A stretch of DNA of 64,000 nucleotides from Parcubacteria group bacterium (GTDB lineage: Bacteria > Patescibacteriota > Minisyncoccia > Moranbacterales > UBA11712), in the NCBI GenBank assembly GCA_041659685.1, contig JBAZXV010000003.1, positions 2,040 to 66,039 on the forward strand. Direction: 5' to 3'. Below, one piece after another: positions 20,672 through 30,035 of this stretch. Both the position numbers and the translations under genes were made by a program. Under the pieces are notes generated by a model that ran no database searches, was not told the DNA's origin, and was given only the letters and a program-made list of their open reading frames with translations. Numbering within the stretch: position 1 is the stretch's first letter; every line of letters starts with the position of its first letter.

Positions 20672-20710
20672 ATGCCTGAGAAAAAATCCACTCATAAGCT
20701 CAAAAAATCG
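20672..20710 (+). pseudogene. 5' fragment of the AbrB-like gene (copy 3)
   Basis: MPEKKSTHKLKKS matches the N-terminus of copies 1 and 2, with the same upstream hairpin as copy 1; similarity stops at 20710. Confidence 0.7.
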
Positions 20711-20825
20711 TTCTCGAAGAAGGCGTTTAATGGGGAGATATAGAATTAATTGGGTAGATTACTATATTATTGAGTAGATTTGATGGGTATTTGTGTAGAT
20801 TTTGATAATATGATACCATAGGAGC

Positions 20826-21545
20826 ATGGAAGAAAAATTACTTACAATTGGTCAAGCTGCGGAATATTTGGGGGTTTCTTTGAATACACTTCGCCGTTGG
20901 GATGAAAGCGGTAAATTGGTTGCGATCAAAAAAGAGGGCGGGACTCATCGTTATTACCGTGAAGATGATTTGGAAATATTTTCCAGTGATTTAACGAGGT
21001 TTGCTACGGAATGGATCCGAAATGGAGTTGAATTTCCAGGCACATTTTATTGCCAGACAAGTTCAATTTTTAACGCGAAATTGACGAAAATGCAAAGCGC
21101 GCTGATGCAAAAGCCAGGGTTTGAAGAGCTATATTCCTTGATTGTTTTAATTGCCGGAGAAATTGGCGATAATTCATTTGCTCACAATTTAGGGAAGTGG
21201 CCGGATACCGCGGGAATCTTTTTTGGTTATGATCTTGAAAAACGAATAATTGTTCTTGCTGACAGAGGATTGGGTATCTTGGAAACACTGCGACAAGTTC
21301 GACCGAAACTTCCAAATCATGTGGAAGCGGTAAAAGTAGCATTTACGGAATTTGTTTCCGGGCGTGCGCCGGAAAAGCGAGGCAACGGCCTTAAGCTTGT
21401 TCGCGAGGTTGTCACCGATCAGCCAATTGATTTATTTTTTATCAGCGGTGACGCCGAAGTGCGCATGAAAGGGCAAAATAAAGTATTTCGTGTTACGCGC
21501 GGCCAGCATATTGTGAGAGGATGTCTGGCTAAAATAGAATTCTAA
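20826..21545 (+). CDS. MerR-type HTH fused to HATPase_c (anti-sigma-like) domain
   Basis: LTIGQAAEYLGVSLNTLRRW..HRYY; EIGDNS.AH, DRGLGI, RGNGL. Confidence 0.85.
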   Translation: MEEKLLTIGQAAEYLGVSLNTLRRWDESGKLVAIKKEGGTHRYYREDDLEIFSSDLTRFATEWIRNGVEFPGTFYCQTSSIFNAKLTKMQSALMQKPGFEELYSLIVLIAGEIGDNSFAHNLGKWPDTAGIFFGYDLEKRIIVLADRGLGILETLRQVRPKLPNHVEAVKVAFTEFVSGRAPEKRGNGLKLVREVVTDQPIDLFFISGDAEVRMKGQNKVFRVTRGQHIVRGCLAKIEF

Positions 21546-21567
21546 TACATCTTAAAAAGCAAAATAT

Positions 21568-21867
21568 ATGAAATTACAAATCGAAAAATTCGGCAAGACA
21601 TTAATTTCGCGGGAATTAGGCCGAGAGGCATTTAAGGCCTTTCAGCCAACCTTGCGCGACCTTCCTAAAAATGAAGATCTGGAGATAGATTTTTCCGGAG
21701 TATTGACATTGTCGCCATCATGGGCTGATGAATTTTTAAGCCCATTATTTGATCAACTGGATGACAAGTTAATAATCTTGCCAAGCGATAATCTTTCGGT
21801 GCGTGCGACGCTTAAAATTCTCGAAGAGGTCAATAAGCGGCCGTTCAAGATCAGGCCGCAATCCTGA
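21568..21867 (+). CDS. DUF4325 STAS-like protein
   Basis: SRELG, IDFSGV..LSPSWADE; typical partner of the upstream HATPase. Confidence 0.8.
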   Translation: MKLQIEKFGKTLISRELGREAFKAFQPTLRDLPKNEDLEIDFSGVLTLSPSWADEFLSPLFDQLDDKLIILPSDNLSVRATLKILEEVNKRPFKIRPQS

Positions 21868-21934
21868 TTTAGTTTGAGTGATGTTCAAGCAGTGTAATAT
21901 TTATAAACTCATTCACCCTAAAAAGGAAGAGTCG

Positions 21935-21982
21935 AACAAAGGCCGCGGCGTGGTGGAAATCCGCGATTGGCGGAAGAAGTGA
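21935..21982 (+). pseudogene. 3' fragment of the AbrB-like gene (copy 3)
   Basis: NKGRGVVEIRDWRKK* matches the C-terminus of copy 2. Confidence 0.75.
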
Positions 21983-22309
21983 TCTGTGATTCAATACCCC
22001 GTCAGCATCAGTGGACTGACATTTTCTCTAAACAGGGTATTGAACCTTTAAGGAATAAGAAGATCAAAACAAATGATGATTGTGAAAAAACTATAACTAT
22101 CATAGGATTAAAGCAATATTAAGAGGATAGTACATGCGAGCAATTGAAGAATTCAAAAAGGAAATGGTTGAAGCCACGAAAAATTCAAAAGATGGCAAAA
22201 TATATCTTTTTGATGCCAAGGAAAGAGCGGCCAAAATTGAAGAGCTGAGAGCTGCGGGCAAGGAGCTTGTCGGAATCTTCATTGAGACTAAGGAGGACGA
22301 ACAATATTC

Positions 22310-22480
22310 AAAGTACTAGATGAATTATACAGAATGGCGTCGAAATATCTTCAGAAATACATAGTGCGCGAGTTAAAAGAACTTAAGGATCACGGACACA
22401 CCTGGAAAGATTTTCGGATGGTCGATCCGTTCGGTTTTTATCTGAGATTCACAGAACTCATCGACTGGGGACAAAAATAG
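22310..22480 (+). pseudogene. 5'-truncated VOC/glyoxalase gene fragment
   Basis: KVLDELY...WKDFRMVDPFGFYLRFTELIDWGQK*; in-frame stop at 22289 and no N-terminal half; stop codon is the TAG of site A. Confidence 0.6.
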
Positions 22481-22515
22481 AAGCTTCCATGGAGGCCTCT
22501 AAATTCCAATCCCCC

Positions 22516-22540
22516 ACCAGCTCGAGCCGGCTGGTTTTTT
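22516..22540 (+). terminator. Terminator closing the array (related copy at about 16220-16244)
   Basis: CCAGC...GCTGG plus T run at both positions. Confidence 0.6.
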
Positions 22541-22622
22541 GATTTTCTGAAAATGCCACGCGGCTGGCTTTTTTATTGGAAAAAAATAGGTTATAATTAA
22601 ACAAAGCAAACAATTGTTTTTT

Positions 22623-25600
22623 ATGGCGTCAAGAATTGTGAAATTTTTTGGTGTTCGAAATAAGATATTCCGAATATCGGTTTTTTTGTTTGCCTTTTTT
22701 CTTTTCTATTTCATTTCACCCGGCTCGGCCTTTGCAAGCTATGCCGGAGAATATTGGAACCTGCCCTCTCCCGCCGCATCCCCCTCTTTTCCCGGCGGAT
22801 CGCCGAATTACACGAGAACTGATTCGGATATCAATTTCAACTGGGGAGAATCTTCGCCAGCGCCCGGAACGATAAACATAGACGGCTTTGTGGCCCGCTG
22901 GACGGAGACGAAAAACTTTGACGCCGGAACATACTATTTCAGCGCCACATCCGACGACGGCGTCAGGGTATATGTCGACAGCACTTTGATTTTGAATTCC
23001 TGGATAGACCAGGCGCCAAAATTCTATAGCGCTTCTTCCAATATTTCCGCCGGAAGCCATACAATTAAAGTAGAATATTACGAAAACGGCGGCGGAGCCG
23101 TTTGCCAGTTTTCCTATTATAAACGAAACCCCAGCGTCTCCACTTTTTCTCCGTCCGACAACGCCACCGGCATCAGTCCGACCGGAAATTTGGTCCTGAA
23201 TTTTGACCAGACGGTATACACCAGCGCCAGCGGCAGCAATGATTTCGTCATCAAAAAGGCTTCGGACGATTCCACTATTGAAACTATTGACGCGAAAGAC
23301 GCCAAAGTCAGCGGCCACGGAACCTCCACCATCACTATCAATCCGGCGGCCACGTTCGAGGAACAAACCGCCTACTATGTCCAAATCGGTTCCGATGCCG
23401 TCTATAACGGTTCCGGCTATTATTACGGCGGCATAAGCGACTCGGCAACCTGGAATTTCACCACAGGCGACTTCACTAACCCCGCTGTTTCAACCTATTC
23501 CCCGGCGGATGACGCCGCGGACATCGACACGACGGCTATTTTGGTATTGACGTTCACCGAGCCAGTGACTGCTAAAGCCGGCGCCGACAACGATATCGTC
23601 ATCAAGAAAATTTCCAACAATTTTTCCGTGGAAACGATTGATGCGCTTGATGCCAAGGTGACCGGTTCAGGCACAACCGCCATTGCCATTAATCCCGAAG
23701 TAATTTTAGACGAACAAACTGCCTATTATGTTCAAATCGGCGCGGACGCCTTCGACGACACGGCTGGAAATTCATACGCCGGAATCTCCAGCACAACCGC
23801 CTGGAATTTCACAACTGAAGATGTCACTGCCCCTTCGGGCGGCTTAATCACATACACCGACGGCTATAACACGACCGGATCGGTATCGCTCACGTCAAAC
23901 GACGGCGCGGAAAACGGCTCAGGCATTAATTCTTCTTCCAGAATTGTCCAGCGAAAATCGGCGACGCTCTCGGACGGAACTTGCGGAAGTTTCGGCATTT
24001 TTTCGACCATCAGCTCAACAGGTGCATACCCGAATCTCACCGACGCAACTGCGACTTCCGGAAACTGCTATAAATATCAATATTTGGTTTCCGATATGGC
24101 CGGCAATCAGGCGGCCTATACTTCGAGTAATATCGCGAAAGTGGATACGGACGGCCCGATTACCGATGCCGGATCCGACGAGACAAAAAATGCCCAATTT
24201 TCGAAAAATGGTGCCGCTTCCGACAATGTTTCCGGCATAGCCGGCTACCTTTGGGAAAAGCAATCCGGCCCCGGCATAATCACCTTCGGCACAGCAACCG
24301 ACGAAGACACGACCGTTTCGACTGATACGGACGGAACTTATGTCATCCGCTTCACCACCAATGACAATGCCGGCAATTCCGCTTACGATGAATTTACTCT
24401 GACCTGGGATGCAAGCGCGCCCGGCACTCCCGCCGTTTCCCCTCCCTCCGGAACCTATACTTCGACTCAATCCGTCGAACTGACTTCCGCCGGCAGCAGT
24501 GAAATATATTACACGACCGACGGCGACACCCCCACTGCGAGTTCCGCCCTCTATTCCTCCGCCATTACAGTTGACCATTCCATGACCATCAAAGCCCTGG
24601 CAGTGGACGCGATTGGAAATGAAAGTCCAGTTCTGACGGCCCATTATACGGTAAATTTGGATTCCGACTCCCCGTCAATCTCCAGTGTCAGAGCCGATCC
24701 CTCGGCCAGCTCGGCCGAAGTAACCTGGAAAACCAACGAGGACTCTTCATCACAGGTGGAATACGGACTCGCATCGAGCTATGGAAATACTACTTCCGAA
24801 TTCGACACATCCCCGCGCGTCACAAGCCATTCCGTGTCTCTGAGCGGCCTTCAATCCTGCGCAAAATACTATTTCCGCGTGAAGTCCGAAGACGAATCTT
24901 CAAACAATGCCGTTTCCTCCCGGTCAACTTTCTATACTTCAGGCTGTGAAGCTTCTCAAATTTCGGACGGAGAAGGCGATTTCATCGACACTTCCGGCGG
25001 ATCAGTCTCGATCGCCACCGCCCAGGGAACTGCCGCGCTGATCGCTCCCGAAAACTTCTATTCCGAAACCGCCGCCATCCAGCTTAATATGCTTGAGATG
25101 GACAATTCTCCTTCGGCTCCTTCGGGAATGAATTTTGTGAATGATAATTTCTTCGAACTGCTGGCGGTCTCCTCAAACGGGGAAAAAATCGATAATTTCG
25201 ACCACACTGTCACTTTCACTGTAAACTACGGATCCGATACGGAAAATCAATATGTCGAAAGCACTTTGGACGTTTACAAATATTTCGGCGGAACATGGAC
25301 TAAAAAAGATTGCGCTCTTGATACCGGCGCCAACACCCTCACTTGCCTGTTAAACAGCTTTTCTTCATACGCCGTGTTGGGAGATGAAAATGTTGAAGAT
25401 GCTCCGATCGAAGATGTTTCGAATGAAAATACTCCGGTTGAGGATACTCCTGTCGAGAATATTTCAACCGAAGCTGTTCCGGATAAAGATGCGCAAAAGG
25501 CCCGTGTCGACTCCTGGAAGGCAAAACAATACACCACCGATGGTTCCTGCTCAAACAAGCTGAAGCTCACAATCAAGGGCCGGCATTTTAATAAAGGAGT

Positions 25601-26018
25601 CGAGGTGAGGATAGGCGGAACAAAAGCCGATGATGTTGACCGGGAAAACAGCCGAAAAATGACAGCTAAATTTTGCCTGGATGATCTATTCGGCGTTAAA
25701 ACCGATTATGCGCGAAAAATTCACGTCATCAATCCGAACGCCGATACCGCCAAAGCCAAGAAGAAGATTCATTTGGACAGGATCGGCCCCGATTTGAGAG
25801 CGTCGATCAATAACTTTGATCCCGAATCATCGAAGGGCGTAAAAAATATCCAACAAGCCCTGGTCAATCTCGGTTTTTTGAACAGCCAATGCGTGACGGG
25901 CACTTACGGCCCTCTCACAATCGAGGCAGTCAAAAAATTTCAGCAGAAGAACGGACTGCCGACGACCGGATATTCCGGCCCACTCACAAAGGCTAAATTC
26001 ATGAAAAAATTCAAATAA
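22623..26018 (+). CDS. Large secreted/surface protein: PA14, two SbsA-like Ig, PKD-like, chitobiase/FN3-like and C-terminal peptidoglycan-binding domains
   Basis: Signal peptide; SDDGVRVYVD/EYYENGG (PA14); duplicated SP.D.A..WNFTT; IYYTTDG.TP; GTYGPLT.EAV.KFQ..GL. Confidence 0.88.
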   Translation: MASRIVKFFGVRNKIFRISVFLFAFFLFYFISPGSAFASYAGEYWNLPSPAASPSFPGGSPNYTRTDSDINFNWGESSPAPGTINIDGFVARWTETKNFDAGTYYFSATSDDGVRVYVDSTLILNSWIDQAPKFYSASSNISAGSHTIKVEYYENGGGAVCQFSYYKRNPSVSTFSPSDNATGISPTGNLVLNFDQTVYTSASGSNDFVIKKASDDSTIETIDAKDAKVSGHGTSTITINPAATFEEQTAYYVQIGSDAVYNGSGYYYGGISDSATWNFTTGDFTNPAVSTYSPADDAADIDTTAILVLTFTEPVTAKAGADNDIVIKKISNNFSVETIDALDAKVTGSGTTAIAINPEVILDEQTAYYVQIGADAFDDTAGNSYAGISSTTAWNFTTEDVTAPSGGLITYTDGYNTTGSVSLTSNDGAENGSGINSSSRIVQRKSATLSDGTCGSFGIFSTISSTGAYPNLTDATATSGNCYKYQYLVSDMAGNQAAYTSSNIAKVDTDGPITDAGSDETKNAQFSKNGAASDNVSGIAGYLWEKQSGPGIITFGTATDEDTTVSTDTDGTYVIRFTTNDNAGNSAYDEFTLTWDASAPGTPAVSPPSGTYTSTQSVELTSAGSSEIYYTTDGDTPTASSALYSSAITVDHSMTIKALAVDAIGNESPVLTAHYTVNLDSDSPSISSVRADPSASSAEVTWKTNEDSSSQVEYGLASSYGNTTSEFDTSPRVTSHSVSLSGLQSCAKYYFRVKSEDESSNNAVSSRSTFYTSGCEASQISDGEGDFIDTSGGSVSIATAQGTAALIAPENFYSETAAIQLNMLEMDNSPSAPSGMNFVNDNFFELLAVSSNGEKIDNFDHTVTFTVNYGSDTENQYVESTLDVYKYFGGTWTKKDCALDTGANTLTCLLNSFSSYAVLGDENVEDAPIEDVSNENTPVEDTPVENISTEAVPDKDAQKARVDSWKAKQYTTDGSCSNKLKLTIKGRHFNKGVEVRIGGTKADDVDRENSRKMTAKFCLDDLFGVKTDYARKIHVINPNADTAKAKKKIHLDRIGPDLRASINNFDPESSKGVKNIQQALVNLGFLNSQCVTGTYGPLTIEAVKKFQQKNGLPTTGYSGPLTKAKFMKKFK

Positions 26019-26283
26019 AGTTCCCCGGGCTTTCTCTCGCGGTCTTCCGCGCAGGAGAATAAAATGGCTAAAAAATTATTTCCCGAAGCTGAATAACCGC
26101 AGATCCGTTTTCATTCGGGCGATATTCAGGCGGCGAAATATATCCTCCAGAAAAAAAACCAATACCTTTTATCGAGAAACCAAAAAAAATTAGAACCCTT
26201 GTTGCATCCGAAATACAAATTGACAACTTTTTTTAAAAAAGGTATTTTTAGATTAAAGTAACTCTTAAAACAAAAACAAAACC

Positions 26284-27684
26284 ATGCAGAAGAAAATTTT
26301 TCTCATGCCGGTTCTCCTTGCTCTGGTGTTTTTTGCGTGCCAGAGACAAGCCAAGGCCGACACCTGGACGCAGAAATATCTGGTGGACGAAGCAACCTCG
26401 AAAAGCCTTTACGCCACAGACGGGGCTCAGGACTCAAGCGGAAACAAATGGTTCACGACCGGTTCTCTGACGGGAGATCCAAATAACAATAGATTATTTG
26501 AATACACCGCGGGCGGAACTTGGGTCGATCACACCGACACAGTCAACAATCTCATACCGCATCCGACCGAAAAAGCGAAAAGTATTGTGTATGGAGACAA
26601 ATCAGGCAATGTTTGGCTTTTGGGAGGGGCAAGTTTGCTGGAATACGACGGATCCAATTGGAGCCGAATTTCGGACACGGGGCTTTCTCAACAGTTATAT
26701 GGTGACAACAAAGGCGGATTCTTTTTCAATATTTTCGGCGATGCCAGCGGAAACCTTTATGCCATTGCGCAATTCACAGGCAATAAAGCAGTTATTAAAA
26801 GGGATGCGAATGGGACTTGGTCAAAAGTATTCACGGGAGGTCTCATATTCGAAGATACGAGCAGCATAGGATCTCTAAGAGGAGGCTATAACGAAATAAC
26901 CGAAGATTTTTGGTTTATTCCGTCTAATTCTTCCTCCAACAGCCTTTCCGGAGTTTACCGCTATTCCGACGGGGACTGGACGCATTACACGACCGCCGAC
27001 GGCCTCGCGGATAATTCGCCCAACTCTTTTTTGGTAGGGGCAAACGGAAACGTGTGGGTGATTTTTGACAATACCCTAATCGATACGAGCACTAAAGGAA
27101 TTTCGAAATTCGACGGCTCTTCCTGGACGACCATCAATCCGTCAAACAGCGGATTGGCCACCGGCATTGGTAAACAAATGTCAGAAGACAATGAGGGAAG
27201 AATTTGGTTTACCAGCATCAAGGGAGATTACGACGGCGGAGTTGTTTCCGTTTTCAACCCTTCTTCCGGAAGCTGGATGTATTATTCGGCCAGAAACGGC
27301 CTCGACGGTTTCAAAAGCATCGGCCGGGTCTTCTTTTTGGGAAAGGACACCTGGACGGCGGCAGGTAATGGAGTGGACGGGTTCTATATCATCGAAGACA
27401 ATACCCTTTACGCGACTCTCTATGGCCAAGTCGGCGGCGCGACAGTTGAGGAGGCCAGTCTTGGGGCTCTCAAGAAAGCCAAATCCAAAAAAGTCACCAT
27501 CTACAAAATGACTCAGAAAAAGAATAAGAAATGGAAAGCGAAAGTTTATCGCCGAACCAAAACCTCAAGCGGGTGGTACAAATCCCTTAATCTGCCTGTC
27601 GGGAGATATAAAGTGAAAGTTCAGGGAAAGTCGACGAAAACGGTTGTCCTGACCGATGGCAACCCGTATCGGCTCAATTTCTGA
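26284..27684 (+). CDS. Secreted beta-propeller protein with Lys-rich C-terminal domain
   Basis: Signal peptide; repeated D..GN.W and YTTADGL propeller motifs. Confidence 0.75.
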   Translation: MQKKIFLMPVLLALVFFACQRQAKADTWTQKYLVDEATSKSLYATDGAQDSSGNKWFTTGSLTGDPNNNRLFEYTAGGTWVDHTDTVNNLIPHPTEKAKSIVYGDKSGNVWLLGGASLLEYDGSNWSRISDTGLSQQLYGDNKGGFFFNIFGDASGNLYAIAQFTGNKAVIKRDANGTWSKVFTGGLIFEDTSSIGSLRGGYNEITEDFWFIPSNSSSNSLSGVYRYSDGDWTHYTTADGLADNSPNSFLVGANGNVWVIFDNTLIDTSTKGISKFDGSSWTTINPSNSGLATGIGKQMSEDNEGRIWFTSIKGDYDGGVVSVFNPSSGSWMYYSARNGLDGFKSIGRVFFLGKDTWTAAGNGVDGFYIIEDNTLYATLYGQVGGATVEEASLGALKKAKSKKVTIYKMTQKKNKKWKAKVYRRTKTSSGWYKSLNLPVGRYKVKVQGKSTKTVVLTDGNPYRLNF

Positions 27685-28037
27685 TAAGGAATTGCCAGCC
27701 TTTTCGGGCATTTTTCGGTTGCAAACGGAACATCCCGATTTGTGGCAATTTGCAATCCCGCCAAAATCTTTTCCAGCGCACACAGTCCTCAAAATAAAAT
27801 ATTGGATCCGGAAAAAATTTAAGCAAACATGAAGTTACTTGAAATATTTGGAAATCGAAAAAGACAAGCTGAAGGAAACGCCTGATTTCATCTCCGAAAT
27901 CAGGGCGCATATTTATGCAGGCCAAAAACGACAAGGCGCTCAATTTTTTTTGACATGCTGCTCTGCGGCACGAATTTACAGCTGGCGCAAAAAATACTAA
28001 AAATCAATCAGGGGGATGATAATTGTTAAACAAAATC

Positions 28038-28253
28038 ATGAATAATATCGGAATGATTCTCATTATTGTCGGCTGGGCGATCCAACTCACGAGCAAGGGA
28101 AAAGAGATGAAAAGAAATTTTGTGCTGATCTACGCCGTCGGAGTCCTGCTTCTTGTGATCGACGAATATAGAAATCATCTTGTCCCACTGGGAACACTTA
28201 ACCTTATTTCTTTTTCTTTGGCCATGGCGGTCTTCCTGAAAATCAGGAAATAG
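28038..28253 (+). CDS. Small membrane protein
   Basis: Three short hydrophobic helices. Confidence 0.55.
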   Translation: MNNIGMILIIVGWAIQLTSKGKEMKRNFVLIYAVGVLLLVIDEYRNHLVPLGTLNLISFSLAMAVFLKIRK

Positions 28254-28450
28254 AAAAATACAAATTCAATTCTTTTCGTCGCTTTTCTCATCGGCGGATT
28301 CTTCCTCGCCAATTGGGCGAAAAGGAGAAAATGATGGTTTTGGTATTTCACACAAAAAACGCCTGATCCTGTAAAGAAAAATTATGGCAAATAATCTTGA
28401 AACCGGATACCGCCTTTAAGCGGTTTTTTAATTCCCTTTCCGGGCTTGTT

Positions 28451-29812
28451 TTTCGGCCCGGCGGTTTATGTAAGAAATATCATCAGGAAAAAACATAAAA
28501 AGCCATATAAAAGGCTTTTTATGTTATATTTTTAAACTTGACAATTACTCAAAAAAGTGCTAAAATGCCAGGTTCTTTCAAAAATCATAGTTGGGGCTGA
28601 AAAGAGGCTGTTCACGGCCTTTATTCTGCCCTAAACTATGCAGTTAATCCCACTTTGCGCTGGAGGATGATATGTCCGAAAAACCGAAAGTTATTGTCTA
28701 TCTCCTGAACCCGCCCTTTTCCGCCCTGGTTAAAAGAGGCAAAAAATGGTTTCCGGAATGTCTCCAAGCCGGGGTCATGGAAACAGAAACATCGTGCGGC
28801 GTCGGCATCGTTATTGAGGACGGATCGAAATTCGTAATGGGTCCCACTCTTCCTCGAAACCTTATTGCCGGCTTCCGGGCCAGCCTCATGATTTCGCGCC
28901 TCAACCGGTTTGAAGGCGCAGACATGTGGAACGCTATGGACGCCGGACAGCGGAACAACTCACCATCTTCATTTGCTCAAGCGATAATCGAAAAGATCGG
29001 GCAGAAGGCCTATGAGGAAATTATGGCCACGCCCGTTCCCGAAGAAATCATTCGAGCGATGCTCGATAATCAGAACGCAGAAGATCCGCCGGATCTCTGG
29101 CCGATCACCGATGAAGTCCGGGCCGGTACGATTCAGTGGAGGCAGGAATTCACCGACTTCGGCATCCCGCATCCTGACGAAATCGACGCCAAAAAGCGGC
29201 AGCGGGAAGAAACTTTGGCAAGATTTGAACCCTTGATTGAGTCTTACGCCGAGTACCGCCTCCGTTCTCGGAATTGTAATGTAATGGATTTTGTGGACGG
29301 CGCCCTCATCTCAGCCCTGGATTTTCTCGGGAATGCGGAGCCGTATCCGGACGAGGTGATCGTAGCTCTGGCCGGATATTTGGGCGACCTGGCTTTTCAG
29401 GATAAGGGATCGATGACACTGGCCAGCACCATGAGTCAGGATGTCAAAGATCGGACCGAGAGGGAGTCTCACCTGACGTCAGCCTTGTGGCTTGTCGCGA
29501 ATTGCCTTAAGCCCATCGAAGAAAAACCCTGGTGGATCCCTAATTTCTTTTGGACTCCGATTATGACGTATCGTTACTCCCTCGATGAAGCCATGCGGCT
29601 TCTCAAAGATCTCACCGAGGAGGTCATCAGAAACAACAAGGCCCGGCAGGCGGAAGCCGCCTGAACGCCAAGGCTTCTTGCCGGGATTAACATGGCGGCA
29701 AAAAATTGCCGATCAATTTTGCGCGGTTTGGAGGAACCGGCGCAAATTGAATATTTGAAGACCGCAGCTCGCGTAGAGCGACTGCGGTCTTTTCATTTCG
29801 GCCCGGCGGTTT
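28451..29812 (+). repeat. 17-bp direct repeat TTTCGGCCCGGCGGTTT (28451-28467 and 29796-29812) flanking one transcription unit
   Basis: Exact match read at both positions. Confidence 0.7.
28672..29664 (+). CDS. Hypothetical (orphan) protein
   Basis: GGAGG RBS; TTGACA-N17-TAAAAT promoter at 28538-28566; terminator near 29757-29793. Confidence 0.75.
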   Translation: MSEKPKVIVYLLNPPFSALVKRGKKWFPECLQAGVMETETSCGVGIVIEDGSKFVMGPTLPRNLIAGFRASLMISRLNRFEGADMWNAMDAGQRNNSPSSFAQAIIEKIGQKAYEEIMATPVPEEIIRAMLDNQNAEDPPDLWPITDEVRAGTIQWRQEFTDFGIPHPDEIDAKKRQREETLARFEPLIESYAEYRLRSRNCNVMDFVDGALISALDFLGNAEPYPDEVIVALAGYLGDLAFQDKGSMTLASTMSQDVKDRTERESHLTSALWLVANCLKPIEEKPWWIPNFFWTPIMTYRYSLDEAMRLLKDLTEEVIRNNKARQAEAA

Positions 29813-30035
29813 TTGCGCGGGGGAATTGAAAACATAAGACTTAGAATCCGTACTATATTAAGTTACAGCTTATCTAAAAATTCCATTTCTGCTGTAAACT
29901 CCGTATTTTGGCTGCAAATTTTTCAAAAATTGTCGAAATATCACCGATATCCCTCCTCGTTTTTCAAAATTTTCGCTCGAAATCCATAATTTTCGTCACG
30001 AAAGCGAATTTTGAGATAAGCTTTAGCGATAATTT

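Larger units (their letters stand above)
2017..22501 (+). repeat. Array of 24-bp imperfect palindromes (site A, TAGAAGCTTCTATAGAGGCCTCTA). Starts at 2017, 3226, 4631, 4842 (degenerate), 6666 (half), 7982, 10431, 11751, 13489, 16133 (half), 17363, 18336, 19874, 20589, 22478; outlier at 36577
   Basis: Copies read directly from the sequence. All have the same orientation (A-rich 5' flank) and lie between genes or over gene 3' ends. Confidence 0.9.

Noticed and set aside
21531-21545. AAAATAGAATTCTA at the end of the MerR gene as another site A
   Set aside because: Short, gapped match with no second half; could be chance.
2017-22501. CRISPR array
   Set aside because: Repeats are mostly kilobases apart and enclose whole genes; no cas genes seen.
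2017-22501. Canonical integron attC sites or intI
   Set aside because: No RYYYAAC/GTTRRRY boxes, the site is too short, and no tyrosine recombinase is in the window.
27790-28020. Possible gene remnants (also 26060-26170 and 59015-59131)
   Set aside because: Short interrupted frames I cannot assign to any family.
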